From: a virus
Strand: one strand, 5' to 3'
Virus record (IMG/VR): IMGVR_UViG_3300026255_000014
Location: 1 to 37,708 of that record
Length of the DNA stretch: 37,708 nt
Part shown: positions 6,376 to 16,136 of the stretch, one piece after another
Layout: each line of letters starts with the position of its first letter
Numbering within the stretch: position 1 is the first letter of the stretch
Position numbers and translations under genes: made by a program
The notes under the pieces: generated by a model
Databases searched by the model: none
Seen by the model: the letters and a program-made list of their open reading frames with translations, nothing else
Told to the model about the DNA's origin: nothing

Positions 6376-8966
6376 AAAAGTACGATCCCTGGAATTGCGA
6401 CCTTGATAAGTACGAATTTGACCCTGTGGCTGGGCAGGTTGCAGTCGACTTTATTGAAAATTATATTACCCATGTCAAAGGGGAGTTAGGCGGCAAGCCT
6501 TTTTTGCTTTTGGAGTGGGAAAAGGATTTTGTAAGAAACCTTTTCGGTTGGAAAGAAAAGGAAACAGGTTATCGGCGTTACCGTGAGGCGTTTGTATTTG
6601 TGGCACGGAAAAATGGCAAAGCATTAGAAGTCAATACTCCGATTCTGACTACTACAGGTTGGAAGAAACACGGCGATTTAGTCCCTGGAGACTTTGTTTT
6701 TTCTCCTGATGGCGTACCCGCAAAGGTTATCTATTCTACTCCTCATTATGAGGGGAATTGTTATTTTGTGGATTTCTCAGGCGATGAAGCAATTATCGCT
6801 CACGAAAATCACGAATGGAAAACTAACCGCACCTGGTATACAGGAAAGCCCAAATGGATAGAAGGTGAAAAGCCTTTGGTTACCACTAAGCGGATTGCGG
6901 AAACTCTACGATGTGGGAAACGCCAAGACCTTGTGCATTCTGTGGATGTTGCGAAACCGATACAGTTTGAGCCAAAAGAATACACAATACCCCCGTATGT
7001 TTTAGGCGTTTGGCTTGGCGATGGCGACTCTGACAGTTGCAGGATCACGATTGCAGAACCTGAAATTGTCCAGAAGCTATCTGATTATGGTTATCCAGCC
7101 GAATATAGATCAAGATACCGACACCTTGTTGGACGGGGGAAGTTTCAAAAGCAACTGCGTGAAAAGGGCTTACTGGGCAATAAGCATATACCACAAGAAT
7201 ACTTGCTTGGTTCAGTTGAGCAAAGGATCGACCTCTTGCGCGGATTGATGGACACAGACGGTTATGTGTCTTCGGCTGGACAATGCGGAATTGCATTAAC
7301 CGACGGTAATTTGTTTCGCCAAGTTGTCGAATTAATTACAGGCTTGGGATTAAAGCCTCGCGTAATGATTGATCGTGCTCAGTTAAATGGGGTTGACTGC
7401 GGAGTTAGATATAGAGTCCACTTCTATGCCTATCAAGACACGCCAATAGCATATATTGAGCGAAAAGCCAAACGGCAAAAAGAAACTCCAAAAACAAGGC
7501 GGCGCAGCCAGACTCGGATGATTTCAAATGTTACGCCCGCAGGTAAGCAAACAGTCAACTGCATCACAGTCGAAGGCGGGATGTATCTCGCAGGAAAGCA
7601 ACTTATCCCAACTCACAACTCACCTCTTGGGGCTGCCATCGCGCTTTATCTGTTGATTGTAGACAATGAGCCTGGTGCAGAGTTGATCTCTGTAGCAGCA
7701 GACCGAGACCAGGCACGGGCGATTTTTGACACGGCTCGTTTTATGGTAAAGCAAAACGCCGCCCTGGACGAATTGGTTAGTGCATATCGAAATGCGATTG
7801 TCGCTAAGCAAGGGGCTTCAGTTTACAAAGTTGTTTCATCGGATGCTGGCACTAAGCATGGTGGAAACTTACATGCTGCGCTTTTTGACGAGTTGCACGC
7901 TCAGAAGAACCGAGACCTTTACGATGTTGTGCAAACCAGTTTTGGCGCGCGCCGTCAACCACTGCTGATTTCTTTTAGTACGGCAGGGTTTGATCGTGAG
8001 TCGATCTGCTATGAAGTTTACTCAATGGCAAAGCAGATTTCTGAGGGCATAATCCAGCGAGATTGGTTTTACCCCGTAATATACGAGGCATCGCCAGAAG
8101 ACGATTGGACAAGCGAAGATACGTGGAAGAAAGCCAATCCGAGTTTGGGACACTCGATCAAGATTGATTACCTGCAGAAGAATTATGAAAAGGCTCTATC
8201 AAGCCCGCAGTTCCAAAACACTTTCAAGCGTTTGTATCTCAATATGTGGACATCGGCAGAAACACGCTGGCTTGATATGCAAAACTGGGACAAATGCGGT
8301 GAGCAACCGATTGACATGGGACTGCTTGAAGGGGCTGAATGTTACGGCGGTCTTGACCTTGCGACAGTTTCTGACATTGCTGCTTTTGTACTGGATTTCC
8401 CGAATGAAAGCGGTGAAGAGGAATTGCACACCTGGCTTCCGACCTTGTTCTGTCCAGAGTCAAAGTTGACCGACCCAGGTTTCATTGACCGCGACATTTA
8501 CAGGGCTTGGGCTGACCAGGGCTATTTGATTGCAACGCCTGGAAACGTGATTGACTACGAGTACATCATTGCTGAAATTGAGCGATTAGGTGAACTTTAC
8601 AACATTAAAGAGATCGCATTTGACCGTTGGGGTGCTGCACAGATTTCACAAACGCTTACCAATATGGGCTTTACTTTGGTTGGTTTTGGTCAAGGGTACG
8701 TGAGCATGTCACCACCCACAAAAGAAGTTGAGCGGTTGATATTACAAGGCAGGGTGAGACATGGAAACCACCCTGTAATGCGTTGGATGGCGGATAACGT
8801 TATGGTTACGACTGACCCTGCAGGGAATATCAAGCCAGACAAGAAGAAAAGCAGGCAGAAGATTGACGGCGTGGTTGCGGCAATCATGGCAACCGATAGG
8901 GCAATTAGAAATTCTGTAGGTCGCAAGGACTCTGTTTACGAAAAAAGAGGGTTGGTTGTTCTATGA
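6372..8966 (+). CDS. terL: Terminase large subunit, interrupted by an in-frame intein
   Basis: 864 aa; removing residues 84..416 yields the P-loop ARKNGKS and a Walker B-like LLIVDNE with a C-terminal nuclease-like domain. GTG start overlaps the upstream stop. Confidence 0.9.
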   Translation: MKKYDPWNCDLDKYEFDPVAGQVAVDFIENYITHVKGELGGKPFLLLEWEKDFVRNLFGWKEKETGYRRYREAFVFVARKNGKALEVNTPILTTTGWKKHGDLVPGDFVFSPDGVPAKVIYSTPHYEGNCYFVDFSGDEAIIAHENHEWKTNRTWYTGKPKWIEGEKPLVTTKRIAETLRCGKRQDLVHSVDVAKPIQFEPKEYTIPPYVLGVWLGDGDSDSCRITIAEPEIVQKLSDYGYPAEYRSRYRHLVGRGKFQKQLREKGLLGNKHIPQEYLLGSVEQRIDLLRGLMDTDGYVSSAGQCGIALTDGNLFRQVVELITGLGLKPRVMIDRAQLNGVDCGVRYRVHFYAYQDTPIAYIERKAKRQKETPKTRRRSQTRMISNVTPAGKQTVNCITVEGGMYLAGKQLIPTHNSPLGAAIALYLLIVDNEPGAELISVAADRDQARAIFDTARFMVKQNAALDELVSAYRNAIVAKQGASVYKVVSSDAGTKHGGNLHAALFDELHAQKNRDLYDVVQTSFGARRQPLLISFSTAGFDRESICYEVYSMAKQISEGIIQRDWFYPVIYEASPEDDWTSEDTWKKANPSLGHSIKIDYLQKNYEKALSSPQFQNTFKRLYLNMWTSAETRWLDMQNWDKCGEQPIDMGLLEGAECYGGLDLATVSDIAAFVLDFPNESGEEELHTWLPTLFCPESKLTDPGFIDRDIYRAWADQGYLIATPGNVIDYEYIIAEIERLGELYNIKEIAFDRWGAAQISQTLTNMGFTLVGFGQGYVSMSPPTKEVERLILQGRVRHGNHPVMRWMADNVMVTTDPAGNIKPDKKKSRQKIDGVVAAIMATDRAIRNSVGRKDSVYEKRGLVVL
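6621..7619 (+). mobile_element. Intein (333 aa) with LAGLIDADG homing endonuclease domain inside the TerL Walker A motif
   Basis: Begins ALEVNTPILT, contains LGVWLGDGDS and LLRGLMDTDGYV, ends ...LIPTHN followed by Ser; splicing restores ARKNGK|SPLG. Confidence 0.8.
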
Positions 8967-9172
8967 GTTTATTTGGATGGTTTGCAGAATTGAGACCAGT
9001 TATTGTCAACACAAAGTTTGGCAAGGATTTCAGGGGCGTTGTTTGGAAGAAAACAAACGACTGCATCGTTCTGAAAAACGCAGAGTGGTTGTCGCCTGAT
9101 GGGGCGAAAAAACTGGATGGTGAAACAATCATCTTCATCAAAGAAATCGAATTTATACAGGCGGTCTCATGA
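8963..9172 (+). CDS. Hypothetical protein
   Basis: ORF track; ATGA overlaps with both TerL and portal. Confidence 0.5.
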   Translation: MSLFGWFAELRPVIVNTKFGKDFRGVVWKKTNDCIVLKNAEWLSPDGAKKLDGETIIFIKEIEFIQAVS

Positions 9173-11115
9173 CAACGATTATTTCAGAAACTAACCTAAT
9201 AACGATGCCAGCGAATTGGTGGACAAACGCAAACAACATCACGCTTTCATCGGTGCGATCCGATTACAACTTCGATTATTTGGCGATGTACAGGAATCAC
9301 ATGAACGTGAGGATTTGCGTTGATTTCCTGGCTCGAAATATCGCTCACCTGGGGCTGCACGTTTACACGCGAAAAGAAGACAATGACAGAGAGCGATTGC
9401 GAGACCACAGGGCGGTACAAATTCTGAAACAACCGCTGCCGGCAAAGTTTAAGGTGACACAGTTCCAACTGGTTGAATCGGCAGTCGCAGACATGCTGAT
9501 CAGCGGTAATGGTTATTTACTCAAACACAGAAACGGTGAGGGTGAGATCATCGCGCTTCAGCGTGTGCCTTATATGCTTATGAGTGTCAAGGGCGAGTTA
9601 GTTCCTACGAAATACAAAATTGGCTATATCGAGAAAGAGTACAAGCCAGAAGATATTATCCATTTTCGATTTTACAACCCTGAGAACTCTACCATCGGCG
9701 TTTCACCGCTTGAAGGTTTGCGCGAAGTGTTGGCTGAAGAATGGGAAAAGTCGAAGTACAGTTCTGGTTTCTGGCGGAATGCCGCTCGTATTTCTGGTGT
9801 GATCGAAAGACCGCTGGAAGCAAAAGAAATGAGCGAAGCAGCAGCACGCAACTTCCGTCAGCAATGGCAGGAAATGTATGCAGGTGAAGACAACAGCGGC
9901 AAGACTGCTTTGTTGGAAGAGGGCATGGTTTTCAAACCGATGTCGTTCAGCCCGAAAGAAACTGAGTATATCGAGAGCAGAAAACTAAACCGAGAAGAAT
10001 GCGCGAGAGCATATCACATCCCCCCGCCAATGGTCGGAATTTTAGATCGCAGTACGTTCTCGAACATTACCGAGTTGCACAAGTCGCTTTACATGGATGT
10101 GCTTAGTCCAATGTGTGCCAGACTTGAGGACGATTGGGATTTGCAGTATTTGAGTGAGTTCAAAGATTTGAAGGGCGCATACACTGAGTTCAATATTGAC
10201 GAAAAACTACAGTCTGATTTCAGTATGCAACTTGAGTCACTACGGCAGTCTGTGGGCGTGCCTTACATGACACCGAACGAAGGTCGTGCGATTCTGAACC
10301 TTCCACGTTTGAAGAACCCCCTGGCTGACACCCTGGTTACCCCTCTCAATATGGCAACCCCTGAAATGGTTATGCGACAACAACAGAACAAAAGTGAAAT
10401 GCCAATAATTGAGACTAAGGCATCGGCTGAGTCTATCATGCCAGAATATCCCGACCTGGACAAAGACTTTGGTGAGAAATGGCACAAGTTGATGGTGAAC
10501 GTTTTTACACGCCAGAGAGACGCAGTGTTACCAAAAGCGAAGATGGACAAGTTGGATGTGCTTTGGGACAAAGAGCGTTGGGACAGGGAAGTCGCTGAGG
10601 ACTTTCTGAAACTTGCGGAAGAAACCGCCTGGGCTTATGCGGATGCTTTTGCAGGGCAGTTAGGCGCAGAGTACAAGCGCGAGTGGATGGAAAAATGGTT
10701 GCAGGAAAACTCCAGGATTGCCGCTGAATATATCAACGCCAGCACCTACGACCAGCTCGCAAAGGCGATGCAGGGTGAAAATCCAGTTGACGCAATCAAA
10801 GAGGTGTTTGCGTCAGCATTGGCGGTAAGAGCGGTGCAATTGGCTGAGGATCGCCGCGCGATGGTGGAAAGTTATGTTGAAGCAAAGATTGCAGATGCGG
10901 TTGATTCCGTTATCGGGAAGATTTGGACAGTTAGAAGCAACAACCCCCGCCCAGAACACGAGAAGATGAATGGCGAGTTTATTGAGAAAAGGGAAGTGTT
11001 TTCAAACGGACTACAGTACCCACGAAGTTACAAGGGTAGTGCTAAAGACAATGCCAACTGTAAATGTAAGGTGATGTGGGTCAGAAAACCTGTAGACACC
11101 ACGCCTTTGAGGTGA
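9169..11115 (+). CDS. Portal protein with C-terminal MuF-like (minor head protein) domain
   Basis: Central region resembles HK97-family portals; C-terminus carries RPEHEKMNGEF, a MuF-like motif. Confidence 0.75.
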   Translation: MTTIISETNLITMPANWWTNANNITLSSVRSDYNFDYLAMYRNHMNVRICVDFLARNIAHLGLHVYTRKEDNDRERLRDHRAVQILKQPLPAKFKVTQFQLVESAVADMLISGNGYLLKHRNGEGEIIALQRVPYMLMSVKGELVPTKYKIGYIEKEYKPEDIIHFRFYNPENSTIGVSPLEGLREVLAEEWEKSKYSSGFWRNAARISGVIERPLEAKEMSEAAARNFRQQWQEMYAGEDNSGKTALLEEGMVFKPMSFSPKETEYIESRKLNREECARAYHIPPPMVGILDRSTFSNITELHKSLYMDVLSPMCARLEDDWDLQYLSEFKDLKGAYTEFNIDEKLQSDFSMQLESLRQSVGVPYMTPNEGRAILNLPRLKNPLADTLVTPLNMATPEMVMRQQQNKSEMPIIETKASAESIMPEYPDLDKDFGEKWHKLMVNVFTRQRDAVLPKAKMDKLDVLWDKERWDREVAEDFLKLAEETAWAYADAFAGQLGAEYKREWMEKWLQENSRIAAEYINASTYDQLAKAMQGENPVDAIKEVFASALAVRAVQLAEDRRAMVESYVEAKIADAVDSVIGKIWTVRSNNPRPEHEKMNGEFIEKREVFSNGLQYPRSYKGSAKDNANCKCKVMWVRKPVDTTPLR

Positions 11116-11126
11116 AAGGAATAATT

Positions 11127-11735
11127 ATGAAAATGGAAAAGAAATCATTTGAAACCGAACTTGAGTTCAAAGAAAACGCCGATGAGACTGGTCAATTCAA
11201 GGCAGTGTTCAGTTGGTTTGATGTAATTGACAAACACGGTGATGTTACCTTGCCAGGGGCGTTTGAGGAAGGGGCGAAAGTCAAGATTGCTTCCTGGGGG
11301 CATCGGTGGGAAAACCTGCCTGTTGGTCGCGGTGAAGTCCACCAGGATGAAGAGAAAGCCTGGGTGGACGGTAAGTTTTTCCTTGATACTGAAGCGGGTC
11401 TTGAAACCTACAAGACCGTCAAAAATCTTGGTGAGTTACAAGAGTGGTCGTATGGATTCGAGACCATTGACTCATCCGAGGATAAGAAAGACGGACGGAC
11501 AGTGCGAGTGTTGAAGAAACTCAAAACTTTCGAGGTGTCGCCTGTATTTATTGGTGCAGGGAACGACACTCAAACTTTAGCCATTAAGAGCGAGGGCGAA
11601 GAGTCTGAGCCAGAAGTGGAGCAGGAAGTCAAAACTGAATCAGAGACCGTGGAAGTCGGGAATGAGAGCGGCGTTGATCCTGCTGACATGAAATTACTAA
11701 TCGAAATAATTGCTTTGGAGGCAAAACATGAATAA
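11127..11735 (+). CDS. Prohead protease (HK97 family)
   Basis: Pattern DVIDKHGDVTLPGAF...SWGH...SYGF...FEVSPV. Start ATG 11127 chosen inside ORF 11076..11735. Confidence 0.75.
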   Translation: MKMEKKSFETELEFKENADETGQFKAVFSWFDVIDKHGDVTLPGAFEEGAKVKIASWGHRWENLPVGRGEVHQDEEKAWVDGKFFLDTEAGLETYKTVKNLGELQEWSYGFETIDSSEDKKDGRTVRVLKKLKTFEVSPVFIGAGNDTQTLAIKSEGEESEPEVEQEVKTESETVEVGNESGVDPADMKLLIEIIALEAKHE

Positions 11736-13020
11736 CGAAAAATTTATGAATCTTTTGGGCGATGCCCGTGAGATTGTTGAAAAGGCTCTTGTTGAGGGTC
11801 GCCCTATGACAGAGGACGAGCGCAATAAGTCCATGAACATGGTAGAAGAAGCCAAACAAGGTCTTGATGACGTTGCTTTGGAACGCAAGATCGCTGAACT
11901 TCAGGCTGCTGCCGCAAAGGGCAAAGAAGAAGAAACCCAAGAGGAAGTAAAAGGCAGTATGGGTGAACGCTTTGCTCAGAGCAAGGCATACAAAGCCTGG
12001 ATGAAACAGGTTGCTCCCAACGGTCACATTCCTGAGAGTGCGAAGGGCATCAATTCCCCCGCTTTCCAGGTCGACATGCCGTTTGAAAAGAAAGCCGTTC
12101 TTACTGGCGCATCTGCCACTTCTGGCGGCGCGTTCATTCAGAACGACGACACTGGCATTTACGTTCCTATGGGACGCAAACCGCTGAAGTTGCGCGACCT
12201 GATCAGCGTCCGTAGTACCAATAGCGACATGGTTGAGTTTGTTCGCCAGACTGCACAGGTTACCCAGGCGGCTGGCGTTGCTGAAGCGACTTCTGCTGCC
12301 GCCCCTACAGTTGTCACAACTGCGACTGGTAATCCAACGCTGGTCTATACCAGCACTGTGACTAACAACGCAGGTGGCGGTTACAAACCCGAAGGCGCAA
12401 TGGCTTTTGAAAAAGTTACCGCTCCCGTGGAAACCGTTGCAGTATGGATTCCTGTAACCAAACGCGCTCTGGCTGACGCAGCTCAATTGCGCGGAATTAT
12501 TGACCAGGAATTGCGCGACTCTCTCATGGATGAGATCGAAACCAACATCCTGTTTGGGCAAGCCACTCCCGATTTTGTCGGTTTGGCTGAAACGCCGAAT
12601 ATTTTGAGCCAGGCTTTTAGCACCAACATTCTGACTACTGCCCGTAAAGCCATCACTAATTTGGCGACAAACGGTTTGGAAGCCAGCCCCACCGCATTCG
12701 TGGTTGCACCTGCCGATTGGGAAGCGGTTGAGTTAGCTCTCTTTGCTGCCGCACCGTACCTGCCTTATCAGCAATCCATGTGGCGTATTCCTGTGGTTGA
12801 GTCACAGTATCTCACCGCTGGTACTGCCTATTTGGGCAACTGGAAACAGGCGGTTATGTGGGATCGCCAGCAGGTCACTATCAGCGTAAGCGATAGCCAT
12901 GCTGATTTCTTCATCCGCAACCTGGTTGCAGTGCTTGCTGAGGCTCGTGCAGCTTTCGGTGTGCTGAAACCAAAGTCCTTTGTTGAGATCGCTACCGCCG
13001 CAAGCGGCAGCCCATCTTAG
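11728..13020 (+). CDS. Major capsid protein (HK97 fold) with N-terminal delta/scaffold-like coiled coil
   Basis: ATG 11728 preceded by GGAGG; ~100-aa charged coiled-coil N-terminus followed by a capsid-like body; followed by a strong terminator. Confidence 0.85.
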   Translation: MNNEKFMNLLGDAREIVEKALVEGRPMTEDERNKSMNMVEEAKQGLDDVALERKIAELQAAAAKGKEEETQEEVKGSMGERFAQSKAYKAWMKQVAPNGHIPESAKGINSPAFQVDMPFEKKAVLTGASATSGGAFIQNDDTGIYVPMGRKPLKLRDLISVRSTNSDMVEFVRQTAQVTQAAGVAEATSAAAPTVVTTATGNPTLVYTSTVTNNAGGGYKPEGAMAFEKVTAPVETVAVWIPVTKRALADAAQLRGIIDQELRDSLMDEIETNILFGQATPDFVGLAETPNILSQAFSTNILTTARKAITNLATNGLEASPTAFVVAPADWEAVELALFAAAPYLPYQQSMWRIPVVESQYLTAGTAYLGNWKQAVMWDRQQVTISVSDSHADFFIRNLVAVLAEARAAFGVLKPKSFVEIATAASGSPS

Positions 13021-13037
13021 GCTTAGTTGATTGATTA

Positions 13038-13063
13038 GGGCGGGGGCGATTTCGCCCCCGCCC
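13038..13063 (+). terminator. GC-rich hairpin downstream of the capsid gene
   Basis: GGGCGGGGGCG-ATTT-CGCCCCCGCCC perfect 11-bp stem, with a T-run at 13074..13078. Confidence 0.6.
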
Positions 13064-13078
13064 TGAGAGGAAGTTTTT

Positions 13079-13285
13079 ATGGTTGAAAAAGACGTAATGG
13101 TGATCGTCCCGATTGGCGAGTACGAAGGCATCAAGATGTGGCGGTCTGAGGCTGAAAAGCAAGGGCTGAAATACAAGGTGATCGGCAAAGAGTATGTCCC
13201 TGAGATCGAGGACAAAATGGTCGAGCCTGTGGAAGATAAGGCTCTGCCGAAAAAGACCACAAGACGGAAAACTACGAAGAAGTAG
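13079..13285 (+). CDS. Hypothetical protein (basic C-terminus)
   Basis: ORF track; RBS GAGAGGAAG upstream. Confidence 0.5.
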   Translation: MVEKDVMVIVPIGEYEGIKMWRSEAEKQGLKYKVIGKEYVPEIEDKMVEPVEDKALPKKTTRRKTTKK

Positions 13286-13292
13286 GTGAGGA

Positions 13293-13889
13293 ATGGGATT
13301 TTGCTCAATTGACGACATCAACACTTTTTTAGGCACAACAATATTGCCAGATGACGCGCAAGCACTTCTGGCGATTGATGAGGCAACCGCAGTAATTCAA
13401 AATTATTGCAATCAGAAAATTGAGCAAGTCTCAGACGATACTATCCTGCTTGACGGCACTGGATCGACCAAATTGTTTTTGCCTGAGTTGCCTGTTGTTT
13501 CGATTACAAGCGTTGAAGTGGATGGGGTACTCTTAGACCCGACTTACTATGCTTTGGCTGAAAACGGGGTGCTCTGGCGGAAGTACGGGGTGTGGACAGT
13601 TGGTGCTCGAAACATCAGTATCACTTACACCCACGGTCACGATGTAATACCAGAAGAAGTCCGAGGGGTTTGTTACCGATCAGCGGCACGGTTATACCAG
13701 GCGCAATTGAAAGCGAGACGACAGGATTTTGTGTCGGGGTTGCAATCTGTGAGTGTCGGGGACTGGTCTGAAACCTACGAAACCGCAGGTGGATCATCGG
13801 GCGAGTCTGACAAAGGCGTATCTGCTGCACGGACTTTGTTGATGAGCGAGAAGGATATTCTGAACCATTACCGCTATAAGAGGATTTGA
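13293..13889 (+). CDS. Head-tail connector protein (gp6-like)
   Basis: N-terminal pattern resembles gp6-like connector proteins; position immediately after the capsid gene. Confidence 0.55.
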   Translation: MGFCSIDDINTFLGTTILPDDAQALLAIDEATAVIQNYCNQKIEQVSDDTILLDGTGSTKLFLPELPVVSITSVEVDGVLLDPTYYALAENGVLWRKYGVWTVGARNISITYTHGHDVIPEEVRGVCYRSAARLYQAQLKARRQDFVSGLQSVSVGDWSETYETAGGSSGESDKGVSAARTLLMSEKDILNHYRYKRI

Positions 13890-14260
13890 TGTCTAAGTTT
13901 CCGCACACAATGACCTGGTACGCAAAAACTACCACCGCAAACGTGTTTACACGCAGGGTGGTGACAGAAGTGATGTGGCAAGCGCAAAAGGTCGCTAACA
14001 CCAAAAAATCAGGTTTGCTTGATTCGGACAAAGCGATTGTCTATGTGCCGTTTGTTACATCGGATGGCACAGACCGCTCAGCGGAATTGACTTTCAAGAT
14101 CGGCGATTACTTAGTGCCTGGTGAAGCGAGCGAGACAATGGTGGACGGCACATACACGCCTACAAAATTACTTGCAGCCTATCCGCGCACAATTCAGATC
14201 AGGACTGTGGACTGGAAAGACTACGGCGCATTACAGCACGTCCAGATTGGCGGTAAGTAA
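13889..14260 (+). CDS. Hypothetical head-tail joining protein
   Basis: Position only; ATG 13889 overlaps upstream stop (TGATG). Confidence 0.45.
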   Translation: MSKFPHTMTWYAKTTTANVFTRRVVTEVMWQAQKVANTKKSGLLDSDKAIVYVPFVTSDGTDRSAELTFKIGDYLVPGEASETMVDGTYTPTKLLAAYPRTIQIRTVDWKDYGALQHVQIGGK

Positions 14261-14670
14261 TGGATAACGTCTATGTTACCCAACCCCAGGACAGAATCAT
14301 CAAGACGCGGAACGGCGATATGCTGGTCAAGTGGAATCCTAATTTTGCAAGGCAGCGAAACACCCGATATAACCGCGCTCAAAGGTTTGTAGATTCAAGA
14401 GTGCTTTATTACTCTGAGAACTATATCCCTGTTGACACAGGCGAGCTGCTATTGTCAGGACGCAGGGAAACAAAGATTGGATCGGGCATGGTTATATGGA
14501 AAGCCAGGGGGCGGCCTTACACGAGACCACAATACTACGGATGGCGCAGGGCGCATAAAAGCAACTTACCGAAAATCCATCACGGAAATTACTGGTTCAG
14601 GAAAGTCAAAGCCCAGCATGGCAAACAGATTGTTAACACGGCTAAGGGCATGGCAGGTGGAGGTAGCTGA
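14260..14670 (+). CDS. HK97 gp10-like tail/neck component
   Basis: Motif PVDTGELLLSG resembles the HK97 gp10 family signature. Confidence 0.55.
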   Translation: MDNVYVTQPQDRIIKTRNGDMLVKWNPNFARQRNTRYNRAQRFVDSRVLYYSENYIPVDTGELLLSGRRETKIGSGMVIWKARGRPYTRPQYYGWRRAHKSNLPKIHHGNYWFRKVKAQHGKQIVNTAKGMAGGGS

Positions 14671-14672
14671 CT

Positions 14673-15125
14673 ATGAGTGAAGAGCCTATCGAAGAAGAAG
14701 GCACGACCATCATTCAGGCATTGCAGACTTACATTGCAGATTGCGAGCTTTTGTCTGAAATGGGGCTGACACCGCTTGTCAACTGGTTAGAACAAACGCC
14801 AGACAGTTACGGGATTTTTCCTTTACCTGGCGATAAACAAATATACAGTTACCCAGCAAAAGGGGGAATGTACGAGTTCCCATTTGCGCTTCAGGTCAAT
14901 TCTTCAAACGCTGACGATCTGGCGAGATTGCAGACACAAGGCTTTTTTGAGAAATTTGGGAAATGGCTTGACGCTCAGAACGAGGCGGAAAACTATCCTA
15001 CGTTGAGCAGCGGTGAAACTGTTTATGAAATTGAAGCTCTTGGTCAGGGTTACTTGCTCGACCAGGGGGATTCTGATGTAAGCACCTACGAAGTGCCTTG
15101 CAGACTTACTTACGAAAGGATTTAA
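14673..15125 (+). CDS. Hypothetical neck/tail completion protein
   Basis: Position only. Confidence 0.4.
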   Translation: MSEEPIEEEGTTIIQALQTYIADCELLSEMGLTPLVNWLEQTPDSYGIFPLPGDKQIYSYPAKGGMYEFPFALQVNSSNADDLARLQTQGFFEKFGKWLDAQNEAENYPTLSSGETVYEIEALGQGYLLDQGDSDVSTYEVPCRLTYERI

Positions 15126-15129
15126 CAAC

Positions 15130-15606
15130 ATGGCAATCAAGCGTTCAAAACTATTGCATTTTATGAACACTACGCCGTCAAGCACGGCAACTTACTACTT
15201 GATGAACACTGGTATCACCAGCCTTAGTATCAACAAGAATCCAACTTACCTGGAAGAAGGGTACATCGCTGACGATGTTGGCAGCAAACAGTTGGAAAGT
15301 CTTGCGCCTGAGTTCACATTTGAGATCAACGTGGACTCGGCTGACGAAGTTTCAAAGTTCTTGACTGGTTTGGAATGGAACGACAAAACCCTGACCGATG
15401 TTGAGACAGACATTGTTTCTGTGCAGTATTGGAAAACCCCAACTGGAACTGCCTATCCTGCAAAAAAGTATAAGGTTTCTGTTTCTGTTGAAACAATCGG
15501 TGACGAAGCGTTGAAGACGCTAAAACATTCCGTTACCTGTGGCGTTATGGGCGATGCGGTCTTTGGGACATTCAACACCTCTTCCAAAGCCTTTAGTGCG
15601 ACCTAA
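15130..15606 (+). CDS. Major tail protein, paralog 1
   Basis: Position upstream of chaperones and tape measure; homologous to the adjacent gene. Confidence 0.6.
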   Translation: MAIKRSKLLHFMNTTPSSTATYYLMNTGITSLSINKNPTYLEEGYIADDVGSKQLESLAPEFTFEINVDSADEVSKFLTGLEWNDKTLTDVETDIVSVQYWKTPTGTAYPAKKYKVSVSVETIGDEALKTLKHSVTCGVMGDAVFGTFNTSSKAFSAT

Positions 15607-15623
15607 TTAGAAAGGAATAAATA

Positions 15624-16133
15624 ATGGCGATCAAAAGATCAAAATTACAACATTTTATGAATACCACGCCAGACGAGACAACTCCATCTGGCGGTGAAAC
15701 ATGGTCGTTGATGAACACTGGCATTACCAGCCTGAGCATCAACAAAAACCCAACCTATCTTGAGGAAGGGTACATTGCCGACGATGTTGGCAGTAAACAG
15801 CTTGAGAGCCTTGCGCCTGAGTTCACTTTTGAGATCAATGTAGATGAGGACGACCCTGTGTCTATTTATCTGACTGACTTAGAGTGGGAAGATGCAACTT
15901 TGGAAGACGTTGAAACCAGCATCGTGTCTGTGCAGTTGTGGCAGACTCCCTCTGGCACTGCTCCAAACTTATTGTACCCTGCGAAGAAATACAACGTGTC
16001 AATCTCGGTTGAAACCATTGGCGATGAAGCGTTGAAAACGCTAAAGCATTCGGTGACCGCTGGTGTGATGGGCGATGCGGTCTTTGGGACTTTCAATCCG
16101 AACACAAAAGCCTTTGTAGAAGACGAGGATTAG
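15624..16133 (+). CDS. Major tail protein, paralog 2
   Basis: Protein is alignable along its length with 15130..15606 (identical N-terminus MAIKRSKL.HFMNTTP and long shared blocks). Confidence 0.6.
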   Translation: MAIKRSKLQHFMNTTPDETTPSGGETWSLMNTGITSLSINKNPTYLEEGYIADDVGSKQLESLAPEFTFEINVDEDDPVSIYLTDLEWEDATLEDVETSIVSVQLWQTPSGTAPNLLYPAKKYNVSISVETIGDEALKTLKHSVTAGVMGDAVFGTFNPNTKAFVEDED

Positions 16134-16136
16134 TTG

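Noticed and set aside
11629-12561. Antisense ORF of 310 aa opposite the major capsid gene
   Set aside because: Fully overlaps a confident structural gene on the other strand; typical shadow ORF.
14432-14680. 82-aa ORF overlapping the gp10-like gene in another frame
   Set aside because: Embedded in a better-supported gene; no independent start signal.
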